Position numbers and translations under genes: made by a program | The notes under the pieces: model-generated | The model's input: the letters and a program-made list of their open reading frames with translations, nothing else | Told to the model about the DNA's origin: nothing | The model's database searches: none | In this document: piece by piece, positions 23,401 to 33,514 of the stretch | Position numbering within the stretch: the stretch's first letter is position 1 | How the letters are laid out: each line of letters begins with the position of its first letter | From: Laetmonice hystrix | Taxonomy: Eukaryota | Assembly: GCA_965235115.1 (NCBI GenBank) | Contig: OZ249437.1 | Span: 18,662,001-18,726,000, forward strand | Length of the DNA stretch: 64,000 nucleotides | Reading direction: 5' to 3'

Positions 23401-26034
23401 GTCAAATATTTTTCAGAAAGGAACCTCGCCGGGCCATTTCCTGCAGTGTATCGCGGTTGTAATGGTAAAAATTGCATGTTTGCCATTTTCAATTGTATAA
23501 AATTTTACAAATAGGCCTGTAAAATAATAATTGGTGAACTTACATATTGGCGATGTTGTGGGGATGTCGAATACTCGGGGAATTCTTTTGTAGACCTCTG
23601 AAAGGTAGAAACAACATTCTGTAAACATTAAGCACCTCAAAGTATGAGATGGTCAGAATGGCAGGTAATTCACCTCAAAGTATGAGATGGCCAAAAGAGC
23701 AGGTAATTCAGTGTCCATTAATGCACTTTTGTGGATACAGCAAATACTCCTATAGGCGTGAACACATACACACATGATTTATTACAAACAGGTAATACTG
23801 TGAAACTTACACTTACGGCGACTTACTGCCCGTGTATTAACAGGAAAATCAATTTAAGCTAATACTTCGCCACTTACCTCATCTATCGTATAAATCCATA
23901 ATACTTGCAAACTGTATATCGTGTGAGGAATAAGCTAATAATGGATCAATGGCTAAATAAAAAGAAAGCACCCATTTCAAGATATCAGCAAAACATTTGG
24001 GAAAACGTCATACCCTGGCAAAGTTGACCCACTAACTTTTCTTCAATTGTTGGAAGTTCCAGTGTGCTTTTTACCACATATCTGTTTATGTCGGAAGGTG
24101 GCGTCGCTATCTGATCCAACTCGTGTGTGTAGCCAACCAGCCCAATACCGATTGGATAAATATGAATCCCAGAATCCCTTGCTAGTTCCGCTTCCGGGAC
24201 GGTTCTATTGGCGTTCACATTAGATATACCATCTGTTAGGAGGACCATGAAATTTGGAACTTCTGGGCGATCTCCTTTTTCTGTCGTGAACATTTCCTTT
24301 CGCACAATCTCAATTGCTTTAGCAGTATCCGTGCCTCCATAAAGATAGGGAGTTGTTTGTATGGCAGCTAACACGTCTGCCCCGTCTGAGTAAGTGTTTA
24401 AATTAAAGTGAACCCTTTGCTTGTCGCTAAAGGACAGTACGCCCATTCGAGTCCTGTCACTTTCGACACCCAATGCCCGGGCAATGTTTTCAGTAAATCG
24501 TAACTGAGAGCCAAAATGTGGTCTCTCGACGCTGTTAGAGGAGTCAATGAGAACTACTACGTCAGCTGCACAATCTGCGGAAGAGTAAACACGTGTGAAG
24601 CAGTTAGTGGGTTCAACAACCGGAAGTGAGTGAACCGGTTTATGATTATAACATGCCACACGAATCATCTCAAAGGTCTCGCGAACGCTGGCCCCCTGTG
24701 ACGTCACAGAACAGCGTTCGTTCAGAGAACCAATGAGATGATCGCAAGCCACGGAGAAGCCATACTTTCCGTTATCTTGTCTTCACTACAACAGTCCAGT
24801 TAGTTTAAGAAATCTACTGACAGGAAATATTCGATGTTCACAAATCTACTGACAGGAAATATTCGATGGTCACAAATCAAGGTGTCTGTGTATTTGTTTG
24901 AATATCTATTGTTTCTTCTTTCGGTCTACAAACTCAAAAACAACAGATCGGTGAGTATGACTTCGTTGAAATTCTTAAACCACAGTAATTCAACATTCTT
25001 GAAATGAAAAGAAAACATTAAAATAACTTATGTCCAAAACATGACAAGCCAAACTTTCAAGCTATTCATAGTCAGGCCATTGCAAGAACGAACAAGTCGA
25101 ACAAACACCTCTGACTGCATGATGCTTTACCAAAATGAATTTATCCCTGGTTATTATTATGAATTGTTAGACCTGCAGCCTGCAGGCCCATACGTTTCTG
25201 GGTCAGCTTGTGTAGCCAAAACGTTTTGCTTTCCCCCGTAGAGACGCATGAAACCACGGTATGTATAAGATATTAAAAATATACACCAATCTATGTTCCC
25301 GAAACGGCCAGTGTCGGTTCTTGGCGGCTAACCCGCGTTTTTTTTGTATCCCTTCATTTGTTTTCGATAGTCATTTAAGTTATTATTCTTTACTACTTGT
25401 AAAACTGCCAAGACCATTTCATGCAGTTGAACGTGGAAATAGCGTGAACCTATAGAGAGAAAGGGAAACGTCAGGCACAAAGGTGGCCAATATTAGGCTA
25501 AATATATTCTAACATGATCTATGCCAAAGAAAGGTATGACTAGCCTACTAAGTAGTAACATTATAATTTCGGAGTTTTTTTTAAATAACTCGTTCTACCT
25601 GTCTGTGTTCCGTCCTCCCCGCCATTTGAGGAGGGGACGTACGATTTGGTTAATTATAATCATTCCCAATGTGATGAAGTGTGTTGAGCAGTCTGGGTAT
25701 AGAGGGGTTGTGTTCGCAGACATACACTTTCTGTATATATGCTTGAATTTAGCGTTTAATATGGAAGTGAACAGTGTATTTTGGAGCAGCCAATCATCTC
25801 ATATAAGTATAAGATAAACAGTAAAGTGAACTTGAAACAATGAGTGATTATGCGTGTTTTGTTACGCTGCTAAACGAACGTTAAAATCCAGTGTAACAGG
25901 CGTACATGCCAACGTTCCGCAATGCCTTGGATGGGACACTTACCTTGTGCATTGCCTAAGGACCAGAAATACTGGCAGTGTAATAGAAGGACTAGTCCTA
26001 GACGCCACAATGCTAACGTCTGGCCCTTCATCAT
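5263..26034 (-). CDS. Multi-exon gene: large secreted multi-VWA/EGF extracellular matrix protein (9 VWA + 5 EGF; matrilin / collagen alpha-3(VI)-like style); 3' end not resolved
   Basis: 23 GT-AG exons join in frame with matching phases (6028 nt, ~2009 codons). VWA motifs (DxSxS, GxTxT, TDG, GIG) and six-Cys EGF motifs are read directly; N-terminal signal peptide present. No Gly-X-Y helix in the window, so no ortholog symbol assigned. Confidence 0.93.
5422..5800. repeat. ~61-bp intronic minisatellite x6
   Basis: Unit aaaacacatcatattccggtaaaaacaaaggttatagtgctcaacatacacaaacaaaggt; abuts the exon 23 acceptor. Confidence 0.95.
5937..6500 (-). CDS. Exon 22: VWA9
   Basis: atttcag| acceptor, |gtaaga donor, 564 nt; DSSGS, GQTNM, LADG. 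Confidence 0.95.
6657..7020. repeat. 39-bp minisatellite (7 perfect + 3 variant units) overlapping the exon 21 donor
   Basis: Unit ggtgcctaccgtcctgtataatgggttatggtggggtat. Confidence 0.97.
7007..7223 (-). CDS. Exon 21: VWA8 part 3 plus linker ([13 protein letters not shown]...[22 protein letters not shown])
   Basis: ttttcag| acceptor, phase 0. The first GT after the domain is G|gtaggc (phase 1) at 7006, which lies inside a minisatellite unit; the donor choice is ambiguous (6967 is also in phase). Confidence 0.8.
7388..7950. repeat. ~75-83-bp minisatellite with a 160-bp dimeric higher-order unit
   Basis: cctaagaatgtgttcg recurs at 7541, 7701 and 7861; two alternating monomer types. Confidence 0.95.
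7956..8155 (-). CDS. Exon 20: VWA8 part 2
   Basis: ttggtcag| acceptor; GGTFT, LTDG; AAG|gtcagc donor, phase 0; 200 nt. Confidence 0.9.
8166..8649. repeat. 38-bp minisatellite x13 with CTGACGTCAG palindrome
   Basis: Unit caagtacaataactgacgtcagggacagcaagctatgg; 13 TGACGTCA counted. Confidence 0.97.
8870..9067 (-). CDS. Exon 19: VWA8 part 1
   Basis: tttcccttcag| acceptor; DSSNS; C|gtatgt donor, phase 1; 198 nt. Confidence 0.9.
9496..9609 (-). CDS. Exon 18: EGF4 ([38 protein letters not shown])
   Basis: 114 nt, phase 1-1; catacag| and |gtacgt. Confidence 0.92.
9852..9962. mobile_element. Degenerate GGATCC-terminal MITE-like element
   Basis: CAGGTATGGATCCAGGGG...CCGGATCCACTATG; same style as 56848-57112; fragment also at ~17405. 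Confidence 0.45.
9979..10086. repeat. 14-bp minisatellite x7.5 with CACGTG
   Basis: (aRtgtcacgtgttc)n. Confidence 0.97.
10138..10514 (-). CDS. Exon 17: VWA7 C-terminal part
   Basis: cttcactag| acceptor, |gtaaca donor, 377 nt; GDTYT, ITDG. Confidence 0.92.
10572..10757. mobile_element. Possible MITE relic in the VWA7 intron
   Basis: GGCCCGTAACCA ... TGGCACGGGCC imperfect inverted ends; no TSD. Confidence 0.4.
10798..10984 (-). CDS. Exon 16: VWA7 N-terminal part
   Basis: ttcccag| acceptor; DSSGS; AG|gtacga donor, phase 2; 187 nt. Confidence 0.92.
11210..12857. repeat. 40-bp minisatellite, ~40 units, with variant units and a 163-bp higher-order repeat
   Basis: Unit gatataaccagagaaagtcctatatctacagccaggttgt; variant tattagatct at 11821, 11944, 12107, 12270. 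Confidence 0.97.
12861..12974 (-). CDS. Exon 15: EGF3 ([38 protein letters not shown])
   Basis: 114 nt, phase 1-1; ttggcccag| and AG|gtttgt. Confidence 0.92.
13229..13535 (-). CDS. Exon 14: VWA6 C-terminal part
   Basis: gtcaccag| acceptor, phase 0; ADAFKLL...[16 protein letters not shown]...LCE; G|gtgagc donor; 307 nt. Confidence 0.88.
15059..15302. repeat. 30-bp minisatellite x8
   Basis: Unit gtttgaacaaccctctacccgttacttgat. Confidence 0.95.
15504..16280. mobile_element. Non-autonomous Tc1/mariner-type (pogo-like) element
   Basis: Left TA|CAGTAGAACCTCACCTAACGACCACCTCAG; right end reverse-complements to CAGTAGAACCTCACAAATACGACCACCTCAG; internal acgaccac repeats; right flank is TC rather than TA. 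Confidence 0.7.
16737..16993 (-). CDS. Exon 13: VWA6 N-terminal part (degenerate MIDAS)
   Basis: gttgtag| acceptor; [16 protein letters not shown]...YDGDYPFQ; CAG|gtagga donor, phase 0; 257 nt. Confidence 0.88.
17250..17363 (-). CDS. Exon 12: EGF2 ([38 protein letters not shown])
   Basis: 114 nt, phase 1-1; tattttag| and |gtacgt. Confidence 0.92.
17615..18175 (-). CDS. Exon 11: VWA5
   Basis: accgcag| acceptor, |gtatgt donor, 561 nt; DSSGS, GFTAT, MTDG. Confidence 0.95.
18613..18726 (-). CDS. Exon 10: EGF1 ([38 protein letters not shown])
   Basis: 114 nt, phase 1-1, six cysteines; cttcag| and |gtacgt. Confidence 0.92.
18871..19092. mobile_element. 222-bp MITE, TA TSD
   Basis: 26-bp TIR CAGTCTGTC(A/C)GCG(T/C)TAACTTGAGCCC with 2 mismatches; TA on both flanks. 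Confidence 0.85.
19221..19597 (-). CDS. Exon 9: VWA4 C-terminal part
   Basis: cccaccag| acceptor, |gtgaga donor, 377 nt; GSTNT, VTDG. Confidence 0.93.
19627..19797. repeat. 30-bp minisatellite x~5.5
   Basis: Unit ggaaacacagtaccatggaaaactgacggt, ~30 nt from the exon 9 acceptor. Confidence 0.95.
19957..19993. repeat. (TATTG)n microsatellite
   Basis: About 7 pentamer units. Confidence 0.9.
20076..20262 (-). CDS. Exon 8: VWA4 N-terminal part
   Basis: gttgcag| acceptor; [22 protein letters not shown]...FHLN; AG|gtaaca donor, phase 2; 187 nt. Confidence 0.93.
20764..20835 (-). CDS. Exon 7: 72-nt linker micro-exon (A)[23 protein letters not shown]
   Basis: ttctttttccag| acceptor, AG|gtactg donor (weaker), phase 1-1, open frame, same position pattern as exons 3 and 5. 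Confidence 0.7.
21249..21824 (-). CDS. Exon 6: VWA3
   Basis: cttgcctag| acceptor, |gtaagt donor, 576 nt; DSSTS, GSTNT, ITDG. Confidence 0.95.
22003..22065 (-). CDS. Exon 5: 63-nt linker micro-exon (M)[20 protein letters not shown]
   Basis: cttctcctatag| acceptor, G|gtaagt donor, phase 1-1, open frame. Confidence 0.8.
22399..22965 (-). CDS. Exon 4: VWA2
   Basis: cctgtag| acceptor, |gtaagt donor, 567 nt, phase 1-1; DSSSS, GSTNT, ITDG. Confidence 0.95.
23248..23389. mobile_element. 142-bp MITE with GGCCC termini (PIF/Harbinger-like)
   Basis: 16-bp TIR GGCCCG(T/G)TTTTTTGGT with 1 mismatch; flanks cag / cgg. Confidence 0.7.
23544..23597 (-). CDS. Exon 3: 54-nt linker micro-exon (E)[17 protein letters not shown]
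   Basis: ttgtttctacctttcag| acceptor, |gtaagt donor, phase 1-1, open frame joining VWA1 to VWA2. Confidence 0.8.
24014..24574 (-). CDS. Exon 2: VWA1
   Basis: ccgcag| acceptor, |gtatga donor, 561 nt, phase 1-1; DSSNS, GGTDT, LTDG. Confidence 0.95.
25944..26034 (-). CDS. Coding exon 1: signal peptide [30 protein letters not shown]
   Basis: gccATGATG start context, hydrophobic core, G-N-A|Q cleavage-like site, donor G|gtaagt (phase 1). Upstream acceptor ttccag at 26056 puts an alternative in-frame ATG at 26055. Confidence 0.85.
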
Positions 26035-28330
26035 GGCATACCCTGATAGCCGCATCTGGAATTCAAACAAATATATTTATTTGACAGAAAGTAAAATTGC
26101 TAACACGCACCCGTGAACGATATTACCACCGGGAACGGTAGGATCTCTTCTAATTTTGTTTAAGAATCATGAACATATTTGTGATATAAAACTATTTTAT
26201 ATCTTGCACCTCGTGTTTGTTACCTGTTACAGCCACAGGTTTTCTTGTAGGACAAAACATATCCTTTTGTGACACTCTAGTTGCTTAGCTTGCATTCAGA
26301 AATAACACCTTCGACTTTGTCCCGTAAATCAGAAGTAATGCTACCGGACTTCGCAAATTACAAACAACACCTCGGGAAAATTCACGGCAATATGAGAGGT
26401 TCAAACGGCAGCAAAAAGTTAATCAGGAGATTTTATTTAAACGTTTGCTAGTGAAACAGGTGTCAGAGTAGGCCTACATTATGCAATGGTTCGCTAATGT
26501 TCAAAAGATTCGGCCATTACTTTGTAGATCTTATTTAGATAACATCGGATCATTGAGCGGCGTACACCTCTAAGATTACACAAAGAAAGAGAAAAGCTCT
26601 TAAAGCATTGCAGGAAGGATTTCTAAATGGCTACTCTCTTTTATTTATAAAACAAATGTGGGGAGATACTCCAAGACGATCCTTCAGTTCTAACAATGGA
26701 TTTAACGTAACTCAGAACTTGTAAATTATGCCTGGGTGTCTGCCTGCTTACAGAGAGTCGGTCCTACATACCCTCACATCTCTGACCTTACCACATCTGG
26801 TACAATGTGCTGAGGATGTGAGTATACGTCTAAATGTTACCACTTCCATACAGGATCTATGCTTACATTCTTGGTGTGCAGCATGACTGGGTGCACATTT
26901 TTAATATATCATAGACTCGGTATATACATACAGATATATACTATCATTATACAGACTGATGGTCGGGCAGACAAACCTTGGCTAACTGAGAACACGAGAT
27001 TATATGAGGGGGAGTCGCCAGGAATGGTAAGTGAATCGGGACAATCCTTTGAAACCGTCCCGGATAAAAACATCAGCAACATCAAGTAGACTTGACACTG
27101 TGGACACGCGGCCAGTGTAAACGGAATCCAGCATGGACTAAATAGAAAGAACGTCGCTGATGTGCTAATTTACAGTTTCCAGATGACAAAACAAAACAAA
27201 AAACACTTCGGTTTTTCATGTGTATCGTCCGTTGGTGTGTCGTCTATAGACCCCAAAACTTTCCTCAATAAAACCTCATGCCAACCGTATCTTAGCGACC
27301 AGACGTAAAGACGCCAACAGTTTCTGCTATGTTTCCCCTTCAGAGACGAAAACGGGATGTTTGACTCGCTTCTGGATATAATAGATGATTCTTCGTAAGG
27401 AACCATGACATGTGGCTGAACTGTAGAAGTTAAGGTCGATAATCACCCGCATCATCTGATGCTACACCCATCTTCTGCCCATTGTCCTGGCAACTCCCGA
27501 CATATATAAATATTAAATGCCTTTGAACCCGTAACCGTTTAAGGAAAAATATAGTTCTTTTTTACATGATCTCGTCTGCATTGTGATATATGCCAGATGG
27601 CTGGTAGGAGATCGGATATCGGTATCAGCGTGAGCGCCATCTGTCGGATGTGATCGGTCACTCTATCTGTGACACTGTGACCTATCTGTCTGACTCAAGA
27701 CTGTATAAAGTACACACAAGGACTGAAGGAGCAGAGATGAAAGAAAATGGTAGTCTTTATTCTTTCTCTCTTCCTTGGCGCACAAAACACACGTTGGTTT
27801 CCAGCGTTGCCGTTCCGATTAACGGCATTGTGAAATATAGAGGATTTCCGGCTTCGAAAAATAGATAAATATGAGAAATATTCATGATTCATTCCACACA
27901 GTAGAGATACAAACGAAAATAATATTTCTCTTTGGTTAAAATCAAGGCCTATTATTAGGTATACCTAGATGTTTCCATTTTAAATCACGTTTCCATACCT
28001 TGCTTCAACATCTGATGTTAAATGCCTCAAATAGGTATGCAAATTCAGAATCGAATTCTTCTGAATTTACCAAAATATCCATCAATGTCACCAGAAATCC
28101 TAGCTGCAAATGCTGCAAAAACACGTTTGTGTGTCGTATAAAATGTGTGACTGGCGGGTGAACGTTAAATCTTTTATTACAGCCACGTTGCCTTTTTACT
28201 GGTTCAAAGTTTGTAGAGCGGCTAGTATGAGTTCCCGACATCTTTCAGGAACTATTCAGTATAGGCCTCATTTAATTTATTGGTGTGGATACGAATCCAA
28301 CACTTTGCCTTTCTGTTAGTTAAATATTAC

Positions 28331-28439
28331 CTCAGGCTCTGTAGTCCGTATCACTGCGGTTGTCTGGCAGTGTGCGTACAACCACAGCACCTCGATGTGA
28401 TCCACGCCTTGGGGCGCTGTCAACTGATGCTGCCAGGCT
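28331..28439 (-). other. Candidate 5' UTR exon of the VWA gene
   Basis: tttctgtatag| acceptor and GAG|gtaata donor, 109 nt, no ATG; coding exon 1 has its own acceptor, so an upstream exon is expected. Confidence 0.3.
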
Positions 28440-29010
28440 CTATACAGAAACCATAGCCCACTAAACCTTACGAACACAGAACGGGTTTTTTTAACATCCG
28501 CCTTTACTCGACCACATGGCGACCTGCGAGTATTATTACCATGATAAGAACACTCTCTGGAGAGATCCCCAACTCTCCCGGTAGGTTGTATTACCATTAT
28601 CATTATAATTGGATCATTGTTTCCCCGTAAGTCGCGACCAGAACTCCCGCTATACGTGCTCCAAACGTGCACTGTTTCTTACAATAAAACCGATATAAAT
28701 TGTGTGTACCTTTCGGAGGGTTTGAGGTCATTCAATGTGAGGTCACTGATAAACCTAGATAATGTCGCTGTGCCTCGGGCTCCGTCTTCATGACATGGAC
28801 TCGGAGGTATATTAATCTCCCTACCCTCACACTGAATACTTGAAAGTAATCCAATCGGTGCCTCACAGGGCGACTTTATTTGAAAACAAATCAATCAGTG
28901 GTTGAGAATGGCTCGATATACGGCAGTAATGGTAACTAAACACGAACAGGATGTCGAGATCTCAGGCGGGATCAACTGAAGGCCATATCAGACATCTTCA
29001 TTTCCTGTCT

Positions 29011-29997
29011 GTATATATTATTGTATACTCCAGCCTCTATTGTATATATTATTGTATACTTCAGCCTCTATTGTATATATTATTGTATACTTCAGCCTCT
29101 ATTGTATATATTATTGTATACTTCAGCCTCTATTGTATATAATATTATTGTATACTCCAGCCTCTATTGTATATATTATTGTATACTCCAGCCTCTATTG
29201 TATATATTATTGTATACTCCAGCCTCTGTTGTATATTTATTATTGTATACTCCAGCCTCTATTGTATATATTATTGTATACTCCAGCCTCTATTGTATAT
29301 ATTATTGTATACTCCAGCCTCTATTGTATATATTATTGTATACTCCAGCCTCTATTGTATATATTATTGTATACTCCAGCCTCTGTTGTATATTTATTAT
29401 TGTAAATTTGTATACTCCAGCCTCTATTGTATATATTATTGTATACTCCAGCCTCTATTGTATATTTTATTGTATACTCCAGCCTCTATTGTATATATTA
29501 TTGTATACTCCAGCCTCTATTGTATATATTATTGTATACTCCAGCCTCTGTTGTATATTTATTATTGTATACTCCAGCCTCTATTGTATATATTATTGTA
29601 TACTCCAGCCTCTATTGTATATATTATTGTATACTCCAGCCTCTATTGTATATATTATTGTATACTCCAGCCTCTATTGTATATATTATTGTATACTCCA
29701 GCCTCTGTTGTATATTTATTATTGTATACTCCAGCCTCTATTGTATATATTATTGTATACTCCAGCCTCTATTGTATATTTTATTGTATACTCCAGCCTC
29801 TATTGTATATATTATTGTATACTCCAGCCTCTATTGTATATAATATTATTGTATACTCCAGCCTCTATTGTATATATTATTGTATACTCCAGCCTCTATT
29901 GTATATTTTATTGTATACTCCAGCCTCTATTGTATATATTATTGTATACTCCAGCCTCTGTTGTATATTTATTATGGTATACTCCAGCCTCTATTGT
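29011..29997. repeat. 31-bp minisatellite, ~31 units
   Basis: Unit attgtatactccagcctctattgtatatatt; source of ORFs 29021-30027. Confidence 0.97.
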
Positions 29998-31762
29998 TCC
30001 CATAATCTGTACCTAACCAGTCTGTGATGTCTAACCAGCCAAGATTACACCCTGAACCACCAACCGTGCTGTACCGTAAAACATCCTGAGACGTCAACTA
30101 CCAGTACACGGGGTCAGCAGGTCTGTGCCAGTAACTGGTCATTATAGAAAACTGGAGACTTGTTGGAAAGTTATAATTTTAAAAAGAACAAGTGATAGAT
30201 CACCAAGCCATGCAGGCTGAGATGCGGGGTTGTGGGTGGGAGTGTATACCAGGGCTGGGCGGGGAAAGTGACAGCTCGTCAAGTTATCATAAAGGGCCAG
30301 TCACCACCCCAATCTTAGGCCACCTAATGGGGGGACCGTCCCTTCCCACCACTGGCCTTGTCATGGGTGGCCTTCCCTGTCGCCTCACATATCACAGACA
30401 GTAGGAGTGCTTAAACTGTTACTATATGCTACAGTCGTCCACCTACACAAATGCTGCTCGCCTATTCGATCCTTTTTCTTCGAGAACCTTAGGATCTCGT
30501 TTCGTGAAGCTTCCTACGTGTCTATATTGTGACAATTGAAACTTGAAGGTTTTTTTATTCGGCAAGGACCGTTATCACAGAATAGAAATCTTACACTTTG
30601 AAGTCTGCCGTGTGAATAAACTCCGCCAACTGTATGAGTCGATCGACCGGCCTTGTGTCACGTTGTACCCACAGGGAGGGATATGCTCATAGTCACCAAG
30701 CAAAGCTTCAGACGAAAGTCAGCTTCAAGTTCGCCTCCTTTGGTTAAAGAGGCAACAAAACATTCACATTTTTATTAGGGCTCACCGTGGCTACATCTGG
30801 CATGGCTCGTCTTACGAAGGACACAGTAGGTGTGAAAGCGTTAATTGTACTAAAGTGCACACACAACAAGCTAACAATCCTGGCTTGTCACTGTGATCTA
30901 TGTCATTCAGGCCGTGACGTGAGCCCCAACGGTCTAGACGTCGTGCAACGTCCCCCATCTCGTCCGTCCCCCCATCAATGGCCGGTGTCTGGGCCAGCCG
31001 ACACAATCACACAGGATATTCCTTCACGCCCATCATGGGCTACACCGCTTTATTGAAATTCGACCCATATAAAATTGTCTGAATGAAGTGTCCTTGACGA
31101 AAACAAGTTGAATGGAATGGACCCTTCAGCAGCGACTGGTTGCGTTTGCAGGTCCTCTCAATCATAGTCATTTTTCCGGAGGATGCAAGGGAGCTTTCAC
31201 ACGGCTTTCTTAAATTTCTTATGGAGCAATTCTGCTCTTATAACTCCATGTCATTTACACAGAGAGACTTTAAATTGAAAGTGAGGTGTTTGATCAAATT
31301 ACATCCTCTCACCTGACAATATCCTCCTTCCTGCCACATTATACAAGTTTGTGTGAGTGTAGGGGATAGTAACTGCCTTCAATGTCTCGCACACATAGAT
31401 CTAGTCATTTCCCTGTTATGGTCGTGGCGAGGCAACTCCTTTCAAACTGCAGCATCAGAAACACCAACAAAATTAATGTGTCTCCTATCTACATTTTCCA
31501 GTTGATGCATGCTCGGGGTATGGCTCAAGCTGCCCTGAACACATACCCCTCCCTCCAACCCCAAACCAGATTATTAATCGGGCAACCATTTGACCTTCCA
31601 ACGAGTATCTAGGCCTATACCTTTTACTCTAAATGTTCTTATCTTGGTTTCTTTTTGGATCACCATGATTACAATGAAAGGGACTTATCAGTGCGATAAT
31701 AGCATTATTCCATGTGTCATTATCATGGCTAGTATCACGTGTTCATGCGGAGCCAAGTGTTA

Positions 31763-32193
31763 CCTACATAATTTCGTAGACGAAAATTATTTTCGTAGAC
31801 GAAATTTAATTTCGTAGACGAAATTTAATTTCGTAGACGAAATTTAATTTCGTAGACGAAATTTAATTTCGTAGACGAAATTTAATTTCGTAGACGAAAT
31901 TTAATTTCGTAGACGAAATTTAATTTCGTAGACGAAATTTAATTTCGTAGACGAAATTTAATTTCGTCTCTCCATTTCGTATACGGAATGACATTTCGTC
32001 TCCACAATAACATTTCGTCTGCACAATCTCCATTTTCTGTATGAAATTCCATTTCGTATACAGAATAATCCATTCTGTTTACCAAATTTAATTTCCTTTC
32101 CACAATATCCATTCCGTCAACGAAATTCAGTTTCGTCTCAACAATCATACATTTTGTCTACGAAATTGAATTTCGTCTCTGAAATTATGTAGG
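31763..32193. mobile_element. 431-bp MITE, TA TSD, with an internal 19-bp palindromic tandem array
   Basis: TA|CCTACATAATTTC...GAAATTATGTAGG|TA; internal (aatttcgtagacgaaattt)n. Confidence 0.85.
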
Positions 32194-33514
32194 TAGCACT
32201 TGGCACCCTACACGTGTTCACTTACCTAATCATTCCATAAATCACACTTGACCATCATTCCTCCTGACACAGTTTGACTGGTGTGTGTATGTCTGGTTCT
32301 CGGAAAAAGTGCCAGACAATGTATGCTTAACAATGTATAACGTAAAGATATCCTCAAGATAGGTACCGAAAAACCATTGTTTCGCCCAACAGGCTACACC
32401 AGGCTAATCGTTCACCATCAGACCCACTATATCAGTTGTTAAACCACTTCTGGAAAAAGGAGAATGTGAAACTAGACTGGAACGGCTATTCTCTCCATCC
32501 CAGATAGTGGGGACTTTGGTTCATCCGGCCGCAAGGTGGCGCGGTGCTCCTGGCTCAGGCCCAGACTAAATAGTATACAGACGAGGATGGGAACACAATG
32601 TCGGAGTGTTTTGTGGGGGTGGAGCCGTCGTATGTAGTCTGAGTTCCTCCCTGGAAACGTTATGACGTATTTGCCTTTGACTGGGGGTGCTGTAGGTCAG
32701 GGTCGGTGGACGACCCGGATGGAAATAGAACGGTTTGGTTCTGTGTTTCAAAGAAAAGCACGCGTCAGGGAATCTAACACCGCAAGTACCGAGTCGTCTG
32801 ATTCCTATCTGGTCGGCGACACCGCGCTATTGTCGCTGACGACACCGATGTTTTGGTCGGCTGATATAAGCGCCACAGAAAAGTTGTTCCACTTTGGCTT
32901 TGTATACTAAGGAACCTTACCACACTTACCACGTTATATATGTACACACAGTCCTGAAATAGCATTAATTGCCAGGCAGGGAAGGAGTCTCAAATGAAGA
33001 GATATGCTGCGATCATTTTTGTTTGACAAAATGCATGTCGATGACGAGACCATTGAAGATTCTTTTCTCCCAATATGACACAAAATGGATATATAAGCTG
33101 CCTTCTTCCCATGCGAATACAATAACATGATCGTGTATATAGTCATGCATGCACGTGAAGACCAGACGTTATGTGACCTGACAAACCTCGGGTTTTCGTC
33201 AAAACTATGACAGATTCATCATTTGGCTAGACCTCGTGGACCCCATATCAACACCATGTCGACTTCCTACCTACAGAAAGGATATACCCATAACAGGGGT
33301 TTTGTCTCTGGCGAAAAGGTCATATTGAAAATCCTCCCGACAGCGCATGTCAATTACAGGTCGGTCCGGGAGCTATGACCTCACACCCTAAGGTCTGACT
33401 GAAGGGCATTCAGCAAGAGTGTTGGGTCAACAGAGGGCGCTCATTATGAGTGTGGACTCTGAACCCTGGAGGAAAGAACCCATCCCAGAGGTAGGTTCAT
33501 GAACCCGGCCCCCG

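Noticed and set aside
5263-26034. Gene symbol COL6A3 or MATN
   Set aside because: Only VWA/EGF domain similarity is seen; no Gly-X-Y helix or coiled coil, and orthology cannot be established by eye.
29021-30027. Long ORFs of 121-331 aa
   Set aside because: Artefacts of the 31-bp tandem repeat translated in several frames.
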